Source of the DNA: Amoeboaphelidium protococcarum X5 | Taxonomy: Eukaryota; Fungi; Aphelidiomycota | Reading direction: 5' to 3' | Assembly: GCA_023515725.1 (NCBI GenBank) | Contig: JALDTO010000206.1 | Location: 330,189 to 394,188, forward strand | Length of the DNA stretch: 64,000 bases | Part shown: positions 16,087 to 28,269 of the stretch, piece after piece | Position numbering within the stretch: the first letter of the stretch is position 1 | Layout of the letters: each line of letters begins with the position of its first letter | Program-made: the position numbers and the translations under genes | Notes under the pieces: generated by a model | Seen by the model: the letters and a program-made list of their open reading frames with translations, nothing else | Told to the model about the DNA's origin: nothing | The model's database searches: none

Positions 16087-17873
16087 TCAACCTTCAAGAC
16101 GAGATGGAAACGACAATAAACCATATAAAGAACTAAAAAATGGCTGATGATGGTATGATTATTATATTTAAGCTTCTTAAAGTATTTTGAGCTGCTTTTT
16201 CGCTTGTTCATAGCAAATGTAAGAGAGCGATACGGCGGGAACAACTTTTACCAGAGATGGTATGAGGCCCTTATAGAAACCTTTGAGTCCCTCTCTCGCA
16301 TATGTCACGCGAATTACGTCAACAGTGCCTCGCTCATACTTTATCGCGTGAGTTGCTGTACCTTGAGCCTGCAGTCTGGTTCTAATTAGACCGAGCGGAT
16401 ATACCACAGCGCAGCTAAGAGCACCGGCACAGGCACCACAAATAAGATGAACAGTCGGGCTTGGCTACTTCTGACCAGTGTGCTTAATGTACTAATTCTT
16501 TAGTGTTTCATATGCAGTTAAATCTATTGATGCATAAGGTACAATACCAACCAGAGATGGACCGATACCACGAAAGAAGGATCTGATTCCCTCCTTCTGA
16601 TACATTTATTTAGCCACTTTGAGTGCACTTATACGGCTGGCAACTCCTCTGTTCTACATCGTTTACATTTCCACCATAATCCTGGTTTTTATCGTATCTA
16701 ATGGGTAGATAAAAGACTATGAAGCAAATCCAGCAATTCCACCGGCGGCCATTCTCTCTTTGGTTGTAATCTCTGGTGGTGACACTTTAAGTTCGGCTCT
16801 GTTACCCCCTGTTGCAGAAGTTTTATTCTTAGTATCAACGTCAGCACTGATAAGCGCTACAGGTTTCCTCACCGACACCATATACCGTTTAGCCCGTTCA
16901 TAGACATAGAACCTCACGGCGGACTCTGGAATGATCTTCAGAATATTAACACCATTACCTGTCCAGAAGGCTAAAATACCTCCGTCAACATAAACGCGCT
17001 TACACACGCTCCAAGTGTTGGTCAGATTTTACCTAATTCTATTTATCACAGAGGCACTTCTATGCTGAGAACCAAGCGGCTCAGTGTTGGTCTAATTCTG
17101 CATCTCCACTTGCAAGAGCACGCGCAATCTATCCAATGGTGCAGTGCATGTCCTACTAAAACATCCAGCAATAGCACCGGCTACCAGGTACTTAAAGGTA
17201 GTCTTATCAGCCTTCATCTCCTCAGGAAGTAATATAGGATCAAGCGAATCAGTCTAATGCACCATATTCTGATAGTAATCATAGACATTCTTCATATTCG
17301 CCTGACGAGGTAGAAACATTAGAAACTCTGCCCACTCTTCAAATGATATTTTCCCTACATTTCGTTATTACAAACACATTTTTTGAATTACAACTTTATA
17401 AAATAGTAATAGATCTACAACTTACCATTGTTGTCAGTATCTACATGCTTCATGAATTCAGTCAGCTCGAGTTCATTCAACTTGACGCCAGCCTGATGGA
17501 GAGCGATGGCCACCTCATCACGGCCCAGTTCTCCATCACCACTACTGTCCAGCGAGGTGAACTGCCTCCACAACTCCATCTCCTTATCGGTGACAAACTT
17601 TTCAAAATCCGCATACTTTATACCACCGCCGACTCTCTAATCGCACTACTTGATCAGCTCCAGAGCATACGTTTCCCTAAACTTTCTCTTCTTCTTTCTA
17701 CTGCGAGACTCTGGATCCTCCTCAGTGTTTGCAGGTGAGTACGCATTCGCAATTATAGACTCGTAATTGATGAAGCCCTTGTTCTCGGTATCTATAGACT
17801 TGAACAGCCGCTCAATTCTCTAAGGTGTCAGATACGACGGCTTCTTCTAATCTTGGCTCTCCCCGCTTGCCAT
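16087..17873 (-). CDS. SAL1: Ca2+-binding mitochondrial ATP-Mg/Pi carrier (EF-hands plus carrier domain); intron 17355-17425
   Basis: EF-hands ([22 protein letters not shown]|KISFEEW), [49 protein letters not shown]. Confidence 0.9.
17355..17425 (-). other. Spliceosomal intron, 71 nt (GTAAGT...AATGTAG)
   Basis: Removal restores EF-hand [13 protein letters not shown] and the frame. Confidence 0.88.
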
Positions 17874-17959
17874 AATTTTGACGATGTTTTTATTGATCAA
17901 TTCTACTAGATATATGGCCCGCAAAGCTTTAATCTAACTGAGAAGATCAAAGAGAAAAT

Positions 17960-18003
17960 CAACGGCGCGGATCTCGCGAGATTTTTGAAAGACGGCGCGC
18001 GAT
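17960..18003. promoter_or_regulatory. CGCG-element cluster with perfect palindrome ATCTCGCGAGAT upstream of SAL1
   Basis: GGCGCGG-ATCTCGCGAGAT-...-GGCGCGCG lies about 100 bp upstream of the ATG. Similar CGCG clusters precede many genes in the window. Confidence 0.5.
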
Positions 18004-18566
18004 CAACGGCACTCGGAGTTCACCCATATGTGAGATGATGCTTCACACAAGATTTAGACTTTGCTGCTGTAATATAGAAGAACTCGTCTTACTTTCCTTT
18101 GGAACATGAAAATGCTGTGCATAATATCTGGTCCAATCACATGAATGGTTTCGAGCGAATTATTATGCTCATAAAATATAATCAAATTGGAATTTGATGG
18201 TTTCCCATTGCTAGAGAGCCAAAATATTGTGACAGAGAGAGTACAAGCCCTATGATGAAACAGAGTTGAATATTAAAGGGTTTTATGAGAGTTTAACGAA
18301 ATTTTCTGTGTCGAAATTGAAATGTAATAACATGGATACCAGTCAGTGATGATGAATATGATCGACATTAGTTGTTGCAGAAGGAGGAACAGCATTGTTG
18401 TTAAGAGTCTATTTATAGTGTTGTCCTCACTACGCTTACACTGAGGCCAGATTTAAAGTCTCTTATCACACCAAATTGATAAGGCTTATTTTATGTTTAA
18501 ATAGATTAAAGCCGCCGTTAAATAAACACACATTGAATATATAAAATTAAAGATTGTTACCAGATA

Positions 18567-19292
18567 ATGCACAGTGTCAAAATGAGCTACAATGGAGCCG
18601 TGTTTCATCCGCAATCAGCGACGCAGGATTATTATTCGCCTCAACTTCACAGTAACACGTTCAAATTTGGGTAATTGATTTCGCCGAGATAAATCAACAA
18701 TAATTTTTAGTAAAAGTAAAGCAATGATACCCAGTCTTACTTGGCTATATAAAAGACTGCAGCGATGGGGAATCCTCCAAGGTTCTAGTCTATCGTTCCT
18801 CTTTAGACTCCGCCAGTTTCAGTCGCGGATCCTCTGCCCGATGCTGAGGACAATGATCTCATACATAATTAAATCAAAAGCCTCATAGATGAATGTGATA
18901 CTCATATCGACAATGATATGGAACGAATCTCCGCGTCTATGCAGTCACAAATGCAATTGGCTTAATCGTTTAAGCGTGTTAATGTGTTTGGAGTCGAGTA
19001 TGTTCATCATGGCTGGATGTCTATCGATGATGAAGAAGATGCCAAAGTTTATAATAAAGGGGGAGATGACGAAAAGACTCCCAATGCAATTAGCCGATCT
19101 AAATGGGATGTTGAAGATATCAAATTGCCATCTCTACAGTGGAAACCACGCGGTGCACCTGATATGCCTGTTCTAACGATATTAAATGGTTTTACTACAA
19201 CAAATCACCAATCTAACGTTCCTAATTAAAACATTCGCGGCCGGCCCGTTAAAGGATGGTATGTGGGAAGACTATCTTAGAGTAATTACTGA
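18567..19292 (+). CDS. Hypothetical protein (241 aa)
   Basis: Table-6 frame from ATG 18567 to TGA 19290-19292, including track ORF 18984; no recognisable domain. Confidence 0.6.
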
Positions 19293-19346
19293 ATGATTGA
19301 TAGACAAAGCTATGCATGCGCACAATATATAAATGATCATTTTACC

Positions 19347-21557
19347 TCACTATTATTTACTACTTTCTATATACTTTGTGTCTATGGCCATCATACTTCC
19401 GGAAGCGAATCGATTAAGACCAATCTTGATACGCACTGGACATCTCTTGCGTCTATTAAACATTTCGAGTCTGTCCACATGAATGTAAGCATGCGCCTTG
19501 ATTCTACCAAGCTTGAAGGTGTAATCACTGTGAATAACGCGTCCAATGGGTCTCAGCAGATCTTGATCACCATTTTCAAAGATTTCTGCATTGTATGGAA
19601 TACTGCGTCCTTCAGTGCAGATCACTTTCACCGGGATCACACAGAAATTCATGGCAATATTGTCGAACGCCAAATTACTTCCGATTTACCAAACTCTGCG
19701 CTTCACCACTTGGCTAACTGATTCAAACATATTGTCTGCAACGCGCGCTAACTAAAGCAGTTCACGTTCCCAAAATGGACCTGTTAGAGTCCATGGCTAG
19801 ACAGTGCTATCAGAATGCCGACTATCACTTCCTCCAATATCCATGTTATTATCTTCTCCCATAACCTCAATGACTTCGGCAGAGACTGAGTACGGCCTAA
19901 AGCGATCAAGAACTTCCAAACCAGACAATCTCTTACCTGGAGGAGTAGCGTCATACTTCTGTTTCTATCGAGTTACATCCAAGTCATTATAATGTTTGAA
20001 TGCTGGGTACATATACTACCTGTGAGGAAATGTGAGAATATCATCGTGTATATCATTCTCAAAACAAAAATGCAATCGCTACTTGAGACCGATAACCAGA
20101 CATCCACTATATACCAGGGCTATCCAGAATTTATAAGCAATTGCTCTAGGAACAATCAAGGTATAATGCTCAACGTTTCCTCCATTTCCATCAAACGAAG
20201 AGCATCTTTTACAAATTGTTAATAATTCATCAGACTCACGCTGCTTATCATGATCACCTGAAGAGACAGAGGACTGTTGTTTAGTAGTCTTAGGTGGCTA
20301 AACTTCAGCTCTCTAACGCTTCATTCTCCTAAAAATATCAATATCTTTACTCTCCAACGGGATATGCACCATATTAGGCAAATCAATTTGAACTCGCTCT
20401 TCATCTGCCACATTTACATCTTGTTAGACCAATTGCGGGATAACATGCAAAAGCTTATCAATACATCTAGGGCCAGTTAAATCAAAACGACAATTAGCAG
20501 AACTGATAATGGCTCTAAGACCGGTACCGTCAAGACAATTAGATATCAATTTCACAGCGGACTTTACCACTTGAAAGGGGACATAGATAGAGAGAACAGA
20601 TTTTGTTACATAACTCTCCCGGTCATCAGAGTTTATATTAAGTAGTTACTTCTACCATAAACATTCCACGGGACAGATGGCTTAGATTGGATACTACGCA
20701 TACAATCGCTGCTTAATAAGTCGATTCTACGTCTTTATAGATAGCAGAGATGGATCCAGATGAGGTTTAAGGTAATCACTAATTCGCTTTACCACGTCCG
20801 CTTCAGAGATTTTATCATCCACAGAGAATATGCAGATCTATTACAAGAATGAAGCATCTTACAAAGAGCACCCAGATTTATGCATAGTTCTATAAGATTT
20901 GCGATGTATCTTCTCATTTGGAGTAACGGGAACTCTGAAATACTAAACGCTATCACTTGAACTATCATCAAGTACGACGGGCATATTTTCCATCTTGAAC
21001 CGCTTAGCATGCCACAGATGAGTTTATAATCGCATTACTGCGGAATCAGAATACTCACCACGTCTCTAACTATAAACGCGACGCAACTTTCTATTCACTT
21101 TCCATCTGGTGCGCTTTTAAGTCCTTTAAACTCCTCCTACTAATGATTAAGAGGACTCCAGAGACGCGTCATTAGACTTTCCAGATTATGTATCCTTCTT
21201 TTATTGCTTTTATCCAGACGACGACTCTTGACCAATCTTGTCGTATCCCATCACTTGGCTGACGCGCCGCAGCGACTGTGAGCCCAACCGCTTATGACTA
21301 CGAGTCCTACGCCTGAGATATCTCGGTATCATTTAAAATAATTACTTTCCCACCATGGTATTAGTATTCAAGAGGACATTACTCATTGTTTTCACCTCAT
21401 GGATTCTAGCGCGTATAAACTAATTGATATCAATGGACGACTGATCACCAACAACGTCCTACTACAAATGACGTGGCACATCCATTCTTCTCAGCTCATT
21501 CAACTTTGCTCTTTTCCGTGTCCTGGCATTCCCCCCATCTTGATCAGATCTCTTCAT
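19347..21557 (-). CDS. POP1: RNase P/MRP protein subunit Pop1
   Basis: IDINQFIRARIHEV, FQMIPRYLRRRTRSH and LQTHLWHAKRFKM are POP1 N-domain motifs; ends TAA TAG TGA. Confidence 0.88.
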
Positions 21558-21709
21558 AGTTGTTGATATCGATTCTTGTTAAAGTTCTTTGGGGAAAAAT
21601 TGTGAAAGAAATAAAATGAAGCGAATGATCGAAAAAATAACGCGAAAACTATTCATGGCAGAAAAGACTAAAGAGACTGCGGATGAACCAATAAACATTC
21701 ATTCTAATA

Positions 21710-21967
21710 TCAACACATGCAAGCGTAAAATCCTTCAAAAGCATTGTAAGCGTAATTATAAGCATACTAAGAGCTACTAATGACGCGACTTAAAGCAAAA
21801 ACTCCAAAGTTGTGCATCAGCTTCCCTCCAATGATGCTTCCAATCAGTTTAGACACGTATGGGATCAGCTAACGGACCGTTCTCACCATCTACCGCTTCT
21901 CCTATTACCATTATCTCTCATCTTCTGATGTCCAAGAATCTTCAGAGAGTAAATCAAAATTATCCAT
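21710..21967 (-). CDS. Small 85-aa protein, possibly Mim2-like mitochondrial outer-membrane import factor
   Basis: MDNFDLLSEDSWTSEDERQWQQEKRQMVRTVRQLIPYVSKLIGSIIGGKLM..., visible only with TAR=Gln. Confidence 0.5.
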
Positions 21968-23025
21968 ACTTTGAATTCTTATATTACAATATATATATAT
22001 ATTATTGGCCTAAACGCGTAAAGATTAGATTAGATCAATACAAGGCAAATCTATAATTCAAAAGAAACGCAAAAACAAAAGAGAGAGCCACTTGATTCAC
22101 GGTAGAGGGATTTTCCAAGAGAATTGAAAGAACAAAAGGTGAGAGAGAAAGAGAGAGGATGATGAAACTATCAGATTCTTATCACATAGCCTCGTTTCAA
22201 TATCCTTTGCGTAATTAGTAAAATCTCCACCACTGACGGAATGCCTCTACATACATATGTTGTCAGTTATATATATATACACATATGCAGCATAATTGAT
22301 ATACAATGAGAACGTTAATCTTACTGCGTGGTCAGCATGATGAGTAATTACGTGTCAAAATCCCAATGAAACACCGTGAACAAATTGTACAGTACCGTGG
22401 CAGCGCTAGAGCACACAATTTCTACATATCACGATTTTATTTATTACTCTTGTCATGCATTATGATATCTCATCGTTCTTCGTATCTTACCAATGATATT
22501 AATTTTTCTGTTCAGTAAAGTCTTTCCAGTGAGCATCAAGAACATTGAGAGTGAGGACAGACTAAGTTTCACTATAATCAAAGCTCTCTCTTGGTCTCTA
22601 CTTTACAGCGCAATGTTTATTAATCATCAAGCATGAACTTTCATGATACAAAACTTACGTGAGCGTGGTCTACATGAGAACTTCAAGTGTAAGCGATTGA
22701 GTAAGATGAACAGTTTACCATGTGTATAATCGCTTATTCAATTAGTGTGAGGAATGCAGCAGTGGTACACAAGAACCGAACGTATACAAAAACAGTTTAG
22801 CTGCTAGCCATACTATGCTACACAATTATAGAGCAAGTTGGTATTCTGCGTCTCTGATCCTTCCTGAACTGAAACAGATGGCGACTCAAGAAACGCGACT
22901 TGACTTCACAACATAAGATAAGGGTGAAAGTTTCAACCCAAGACAATTCATAGCGGATTTAACAGAAAGTATGTGAATGGTCTATAAAAATATTATATAT
23001 TTTATTATTGTATGATTTCAATTAG

Positions 23026-24861
23026 TCAAGACTTCAAGTAGGAGGATTTCAACAGTTATTCGTAGGAGTACACTTTACTATCTGACTGTCCATAGAACGG
23101 CGTCGACATCCTCTACATTTCACACTTCCACGCTCTCATCGTAAGCTCATCTCGCCTGTGCCCTTTCAAAGAATCCAAATATTCTCGCAAAGGTCCCTTC
23201 TTAAATGACTTGAGATCATACGAACATAACAGAGAACGATCTTCAGGAATGAACAAGTCGTGATACTTTGGGGCAACTCTGTATCGCGTGCTTTCTATCG
23301 CAGACTTTCTGTATTATTCGCTCTGTAACTGCATTCTAAAATGGTTCAGTTAATTGGCGATATGGTACGGAGTGATTGCAAAAGACATCAGACCATAATG
23401 TAAGACGGGAGTCCACATTGCATCGTCATCCTCAGCTGACTCGTCACCCATATCTTTAGGCTCATCTTTCTTGATACCTAAGAAGGACTCCAGAGAGAAC
23501 TGATTCCATTACTCTTGCACTTCTTGGAAAAGGCTTTTCACACGAAGCCTACCAGGATATACATCCTATAAAAAGTTCTACAATTTGAGGGCACCAGCGG
23601 GATCAGAGTGTTGATATCGCTCCAGGAAATTATACTTCTCCCATTTGGAAGCATCCGGCGCAAAACAATTGTATAGCGCAGCAGAGTTAATCTCCGGCAT
23701 ATAATCGTTATTGGCGTAATATATTTCAAAATCAAAGGGGGACGCGCCACCATTACAGCTGAGCATCGCAATCATACCAGCGATAAAGTATCGAAAGTTG
23801 TACTCCTCCAGCGCTTCACGTCTATACATCTCCCAAAATAACGGAGGGCCATAATGGAAGAGCATGTATCCCGGCTGACTTTGAAATGTCGCATTCTAAT
23901 TTCCAAAAATCTTGAGCATCTCATAACTCTGTTCCTAAGCATAAACTGAAGAATCATCAGTGACTTAGTCGTCAACAGACATACCATTTTCATATTCCAT
24001 TACAGGTTCCAGAGATGATTCCGATCTTGATAGCTGAGCACTACGCAGTCCACTTTCGCGTTATACCTATTAATTTACGACTAGCAATTTGGATGGGACC
24101 AAATCGTTATGATAATATCTTAATGCATTTCGCGCATCGTACATGTACCGAATGGTGTCTTTCGTAACCATTTGAACATAAGCTGCCACAGAATCGACAG
24201 ATTAATCATTCTCAAGCGCATCATTCACCTTGTTCGACAGCACAATATCAAGTCTCTAATCACGGTCATACACATTCTCTTCGATTACAATCTGATGGGT
24301 CAAATAGGAGCTGGAGCGAGATTAACAACCATTTTGGCCATCTCTATCACTAGATGAACTATGCATTCTACGTAGTGCGGCAGCGCTTCCCTGACGATGA
24401 AAAGTGGGATCACAATCTTCGCATAATGCCTCGATCATAGCTTCTAAATTGCACAGATAATAATCGATTATAGACAATGACTTGACATGTTGAGATTTAA
24501 GCTGCATCTCAGTGAAAGCATTTTCAATCACGACTTCATCCACCTGATGATTAATCCTCAAACTGTGCTTCAATGGAATAGCGCGTAACACGAATGGCAA
24601 ATCAACGAGGCGGCCAGATTCCCTCACTTTCAATTTGAATATCTTATTTTTACCTTGGACTGCGAATGGAACCATTTGAGCATATACTTGCGATGTAGCA
24701 GCGACACACTACTCCCTGCCGTACGGTTTACACGCATCGCCTTAACGAACATTGCCAGGGTGGATTTCTCCAAGATCATCTCTAATCTTATAGTGATATG
24801 ATTCGCTTTAGAGGCTTTATATTGCCAATATTAACGCTATCAGATAGTTTCGCCAAGTCAT
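23026..24861 (-). CDS. Secreted protein of unknown function (611 aa)
   Basis: Signal-like MTWRNYLIALILAIQSLQS; track ORFs 24322 and 23578 share this frame; TGA at 23026-23028. Confidence 0.75.
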
Positions 24862-25260
24862 AATAATTTAAATGAAATTTAAGAGAGACTTGATTTTAGA
24901 AGTAATATAAAGAGACGAAGCTGATCAATGAGAATAGAGGCGCAGCAGCTTGTATTTATGACATGCGCAATCGATCAGTTCAGGGGCAATAATTCAGTTT
25001 GACTAATTTTTTAAATTCCACTTCGCGGCGTGAAATATCTTTTCGCCTTCAGGGCGCAGTGACAACCTGAAGTTTGAGAATTTGTTAGAGCAAAAAGTAT
25101 CTTAGCATTTAACGGCTAAGTAATGAACTTTGATTGCGCGAAGACTATCGCCGGATCAACAAAGTTCGCAGATCACGCATAAAGCGTAGCAATGTGGTAT
25201 TTGAGAGTGTATAATGTATATTAGTAACACAACATATTATATTTGTATTCGACTACACAA

Positions 25261-27093
25261 TCATGACCAAGTCTCTATTTGAAACCGTTTATTCGACTTC
25301 ATCTTCCTCAAGTATTAAACCGGTTCCTCTACAACATCTCCTAAAATGTCTGAGAGCGCGTTTTCAACGTCTGAAGGCATACGTTTAGCATTGCCACACA
25401 GAATTACAGAGGCTCCATCCTCAACAACTAATTTCTGTATTAACTGAGATTACTGTCTCATCAAGTCTTGAACGTAAAACTTGGCGCCTTGAATCTATCG
25501 CGAGTATGCACGCATAAATCTAATTGCACCTTGATCTTGCAACTTTTACAACTCGTCCTGGTAAATATCGTCGCTGCCTTTAACTCTGCAGCCAGTAAAT
25601 AGATATATGTCTCGTTTATTACCTAATGCAATATTCTACTACCATATAGATCGCAAAGGAGCAATTCCCAATCCGGGACCAATAAGTATCAATGGACTGC
25701 TGTCAGACCAGTCAATGCGCAGAGAACCCTTCTTCAACTCCACCTGCATATTTTCGCCGCGTTACAATTGTGCTAGATAATTAGATCCAATCCCCAGACG
25801 CCTGCTTTTCAAAACTGTCTTATAGTCTATGACACCAACACAGATACTTACACGATTATGATCAAAACTTGACTAAGGATAAGAACATATAGAAAACTCT
25901 CTCTTCACCATCTGTGGGAAGATTTCAAATACAAACGATGGAGGAATCTATACTTCAAAGTCGACAATAATCTCTTCAATAGTTCTCCGTGGGCGGTAGA
26001 GATAGGCATAAATATCCTGTAAAATCTCAGACGGGTTCCAAGAGCTAGATTGCTTCTAAATGAATGCAAACTCTTATAGTTTGGCCTTCTTCTCAGCATT
26101 ACTCGTGAAATGACTGAGATAATAGAATAGAGAGGAGTGCGATTTCGGAGTAGAGAATGGCTCCAGGTACGTGATGAGTATTTCTCTAAGAGACGTGCAT
26201 TGCATTATAACTCTGCCATTCTAACAAACACGTATGTTCTCATCTGCTATCTAATTCCATCCTAGTAAATCCAATAACGACTACACTTTATAAGCGTTAT
26301 TTTTCGGCCATACTGCCAGTACATCTCCTGCAGAATACGAACAACTCTCATCATCCACCATTTTGCATTATAAGTCAATCTACCTAATGTCTTGAAAATG
26401 ATCAGAAGCAGTGAGTCTAGAAGAATCCAGTACGGTGGCATCAATGGAATGACGATCCATTTCATTTACATGCAGTTGATCATCAGTATCACCAAACGAT
26501 TTTAATTTTGTGACATTGACTTACGGGCCCTCCCATCTGGAATCAATACTTTTACCAGAATTGATCATCTAAATGTCAAATTTGGGCGCAAATAAAGATT
26601 CCGACAGATCGAGACTGATCATTGAATCATCAAGACCCAGCTTACTGATCAACTATTATAACCACAGCTCCGATACGGCAAAGTATCCTAGATCGTGTTA
26701 CTCATCGCCCTCGCCACGCTCCAACAATCTTGACGCGCCGAGCTGACTCAGCCGCCGATCTAATTTCTTCGCCGTAAAATTGAATTGTTCGTAACTGGAA
26801 TCTCCAAGGCCAAACACGGCAAACTGGACGCGTTGTAAATACTCACCGCCGTGCTTCTTCTTAAGCATATGCCTCCAGAACTAGACCATGTTGTCTGGCT
26901 CTTATCCTTGGCCGGTAGTGGAACACACAAATACCAAAATTTGACTATTTTATAGCTTTTCCAAAGGATACGAATTCATTGGCAGCACGGGGATAAGGTA
27001 TCCAGTTTTACAGCTCAAGATGCGCGACACTCTATACGCAAAGTCTTACGCGGTACCAGTCTGACTTCCATACAGCACTTTAATATCTTGCAT
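25261..27093 (-). CDS. TAH18: NADPH-dependent diflavin oxidoreductase (Tah18/NDOR1)
   Basis: VLYGSQTGTAQDFA, FVCSTTGQG, FAVFGLGDSSYEQFNFTAKKLDRRL, IGPGLGIAPLRS, C-terminal RFQIETWS. Confidence 0.92.
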
Positions 27094-27288
27094 GGTACAA
27101 TTCTAGTTTTAATATTTTAATTTTTTTGGTATTAATAAAAGAGTACAAAAGAAGAAGATGTGAGATAAATTAAAAAGTAAATGGCACAAGGGGTAGAAAT
27201 GTCGTCAAAAGTTACCAAGATAACATCAACTTTTAAATGCGTTTTAACATCAATATAGTTATCAACATGAAGTCATAAAAATGACATA

Positions 27289-28086
27289 TCAACCATCTAA
27301 TGGTACTTTCTTTGTGCAATACTCCTGGTGCAATTATTCTAACCCACCGCCTTATGCAATTTCAACTGGGAACGATTCCTTCCAGCCGACAGCCATAAGA
27401 TTAGCATTCCACCTCTAAACTACGTCCGACTTGAATTTCTCATTCAACCACTTGAAAAAGTAGCCAGCATTCTAGTATCCTTTTGCATAGCCGTTCCGTT
27501 CACGTTTGCACTGATCTTCGCACCAGTGGCGGGCGGTATAATTCACCTGGAGTCTAACATAGTCGGCGATCCCCTCGATGAACCACCACTCAGCGACATC
27601 ATCTTTAGAATTATCGCGCCCATCCCACTGGAATACATGAGTTAATTCATGACATATAACGCCAATAATTTCATATACCAGCTCCTAATGCGAATCTATG
27701 CCCGGTATCTTAGATAAGTTGTTCATAGTTGGAGCGACCGTAGAAGTTACAATAGCAGATTCAGTTTTTGTAGCCGAAGCAGCAGATTCAAACCTGTTCT
27801 TGACTTAGAGGACGTAATGAGCATTCAACATCAACTTAAATACAGTCTTTTCTTCATTCTGATGAACTACAAAGGCAGGTGGTCCATTCGCCTGATACTC
27901 AACGTCCAAATTAATTCTTTTTACTGGCCTGACATGGTCCATGGATTACAAACCGTAACCGCTGGGCCTCAGCGAATTTACCACGGCGACTATACAATCA
28001 TGAATCTTGTCTACATTTATCAAGCTTTGAATGACATCTTCATGCTAAGGATCAGCGATGTTAATTCGAACCTATGGTAAGTTCAT
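27289..28086 (-). CDS. BSP (basic secretory protein / peptidase of plants and bacteria) HExxH zincin-like protein
   Basis: EIIGVICHELTHVFQWDG...GWFIEGIADYVRL...GYQNAGYFFKWL; absent from the standard-code track. Confidence 0.85.
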
Positions 28087-28269
28087 AAGAAGTTTTATGG
28101 TGCGTTTAGTTATATAAAAATTGTATTTTTATCGCCTTTATAACAAAGTGAGTTGAAACACGCGGATTGAGGTAAAGTAAGTGGAGGTAAACCTCATTCA
28201 ATAAAATTACATTCAGACTTGATTAAAACATCATGATCAACAAAATTAACGCATTCACCACAACGAAAC

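Noticed and set aside
22030-23000. Gene in the ~1 kb gap (e.g. a ~78-codon + frame from about 22306)
   Set aside because: Only short frames without recognisable features; left as intergenic.
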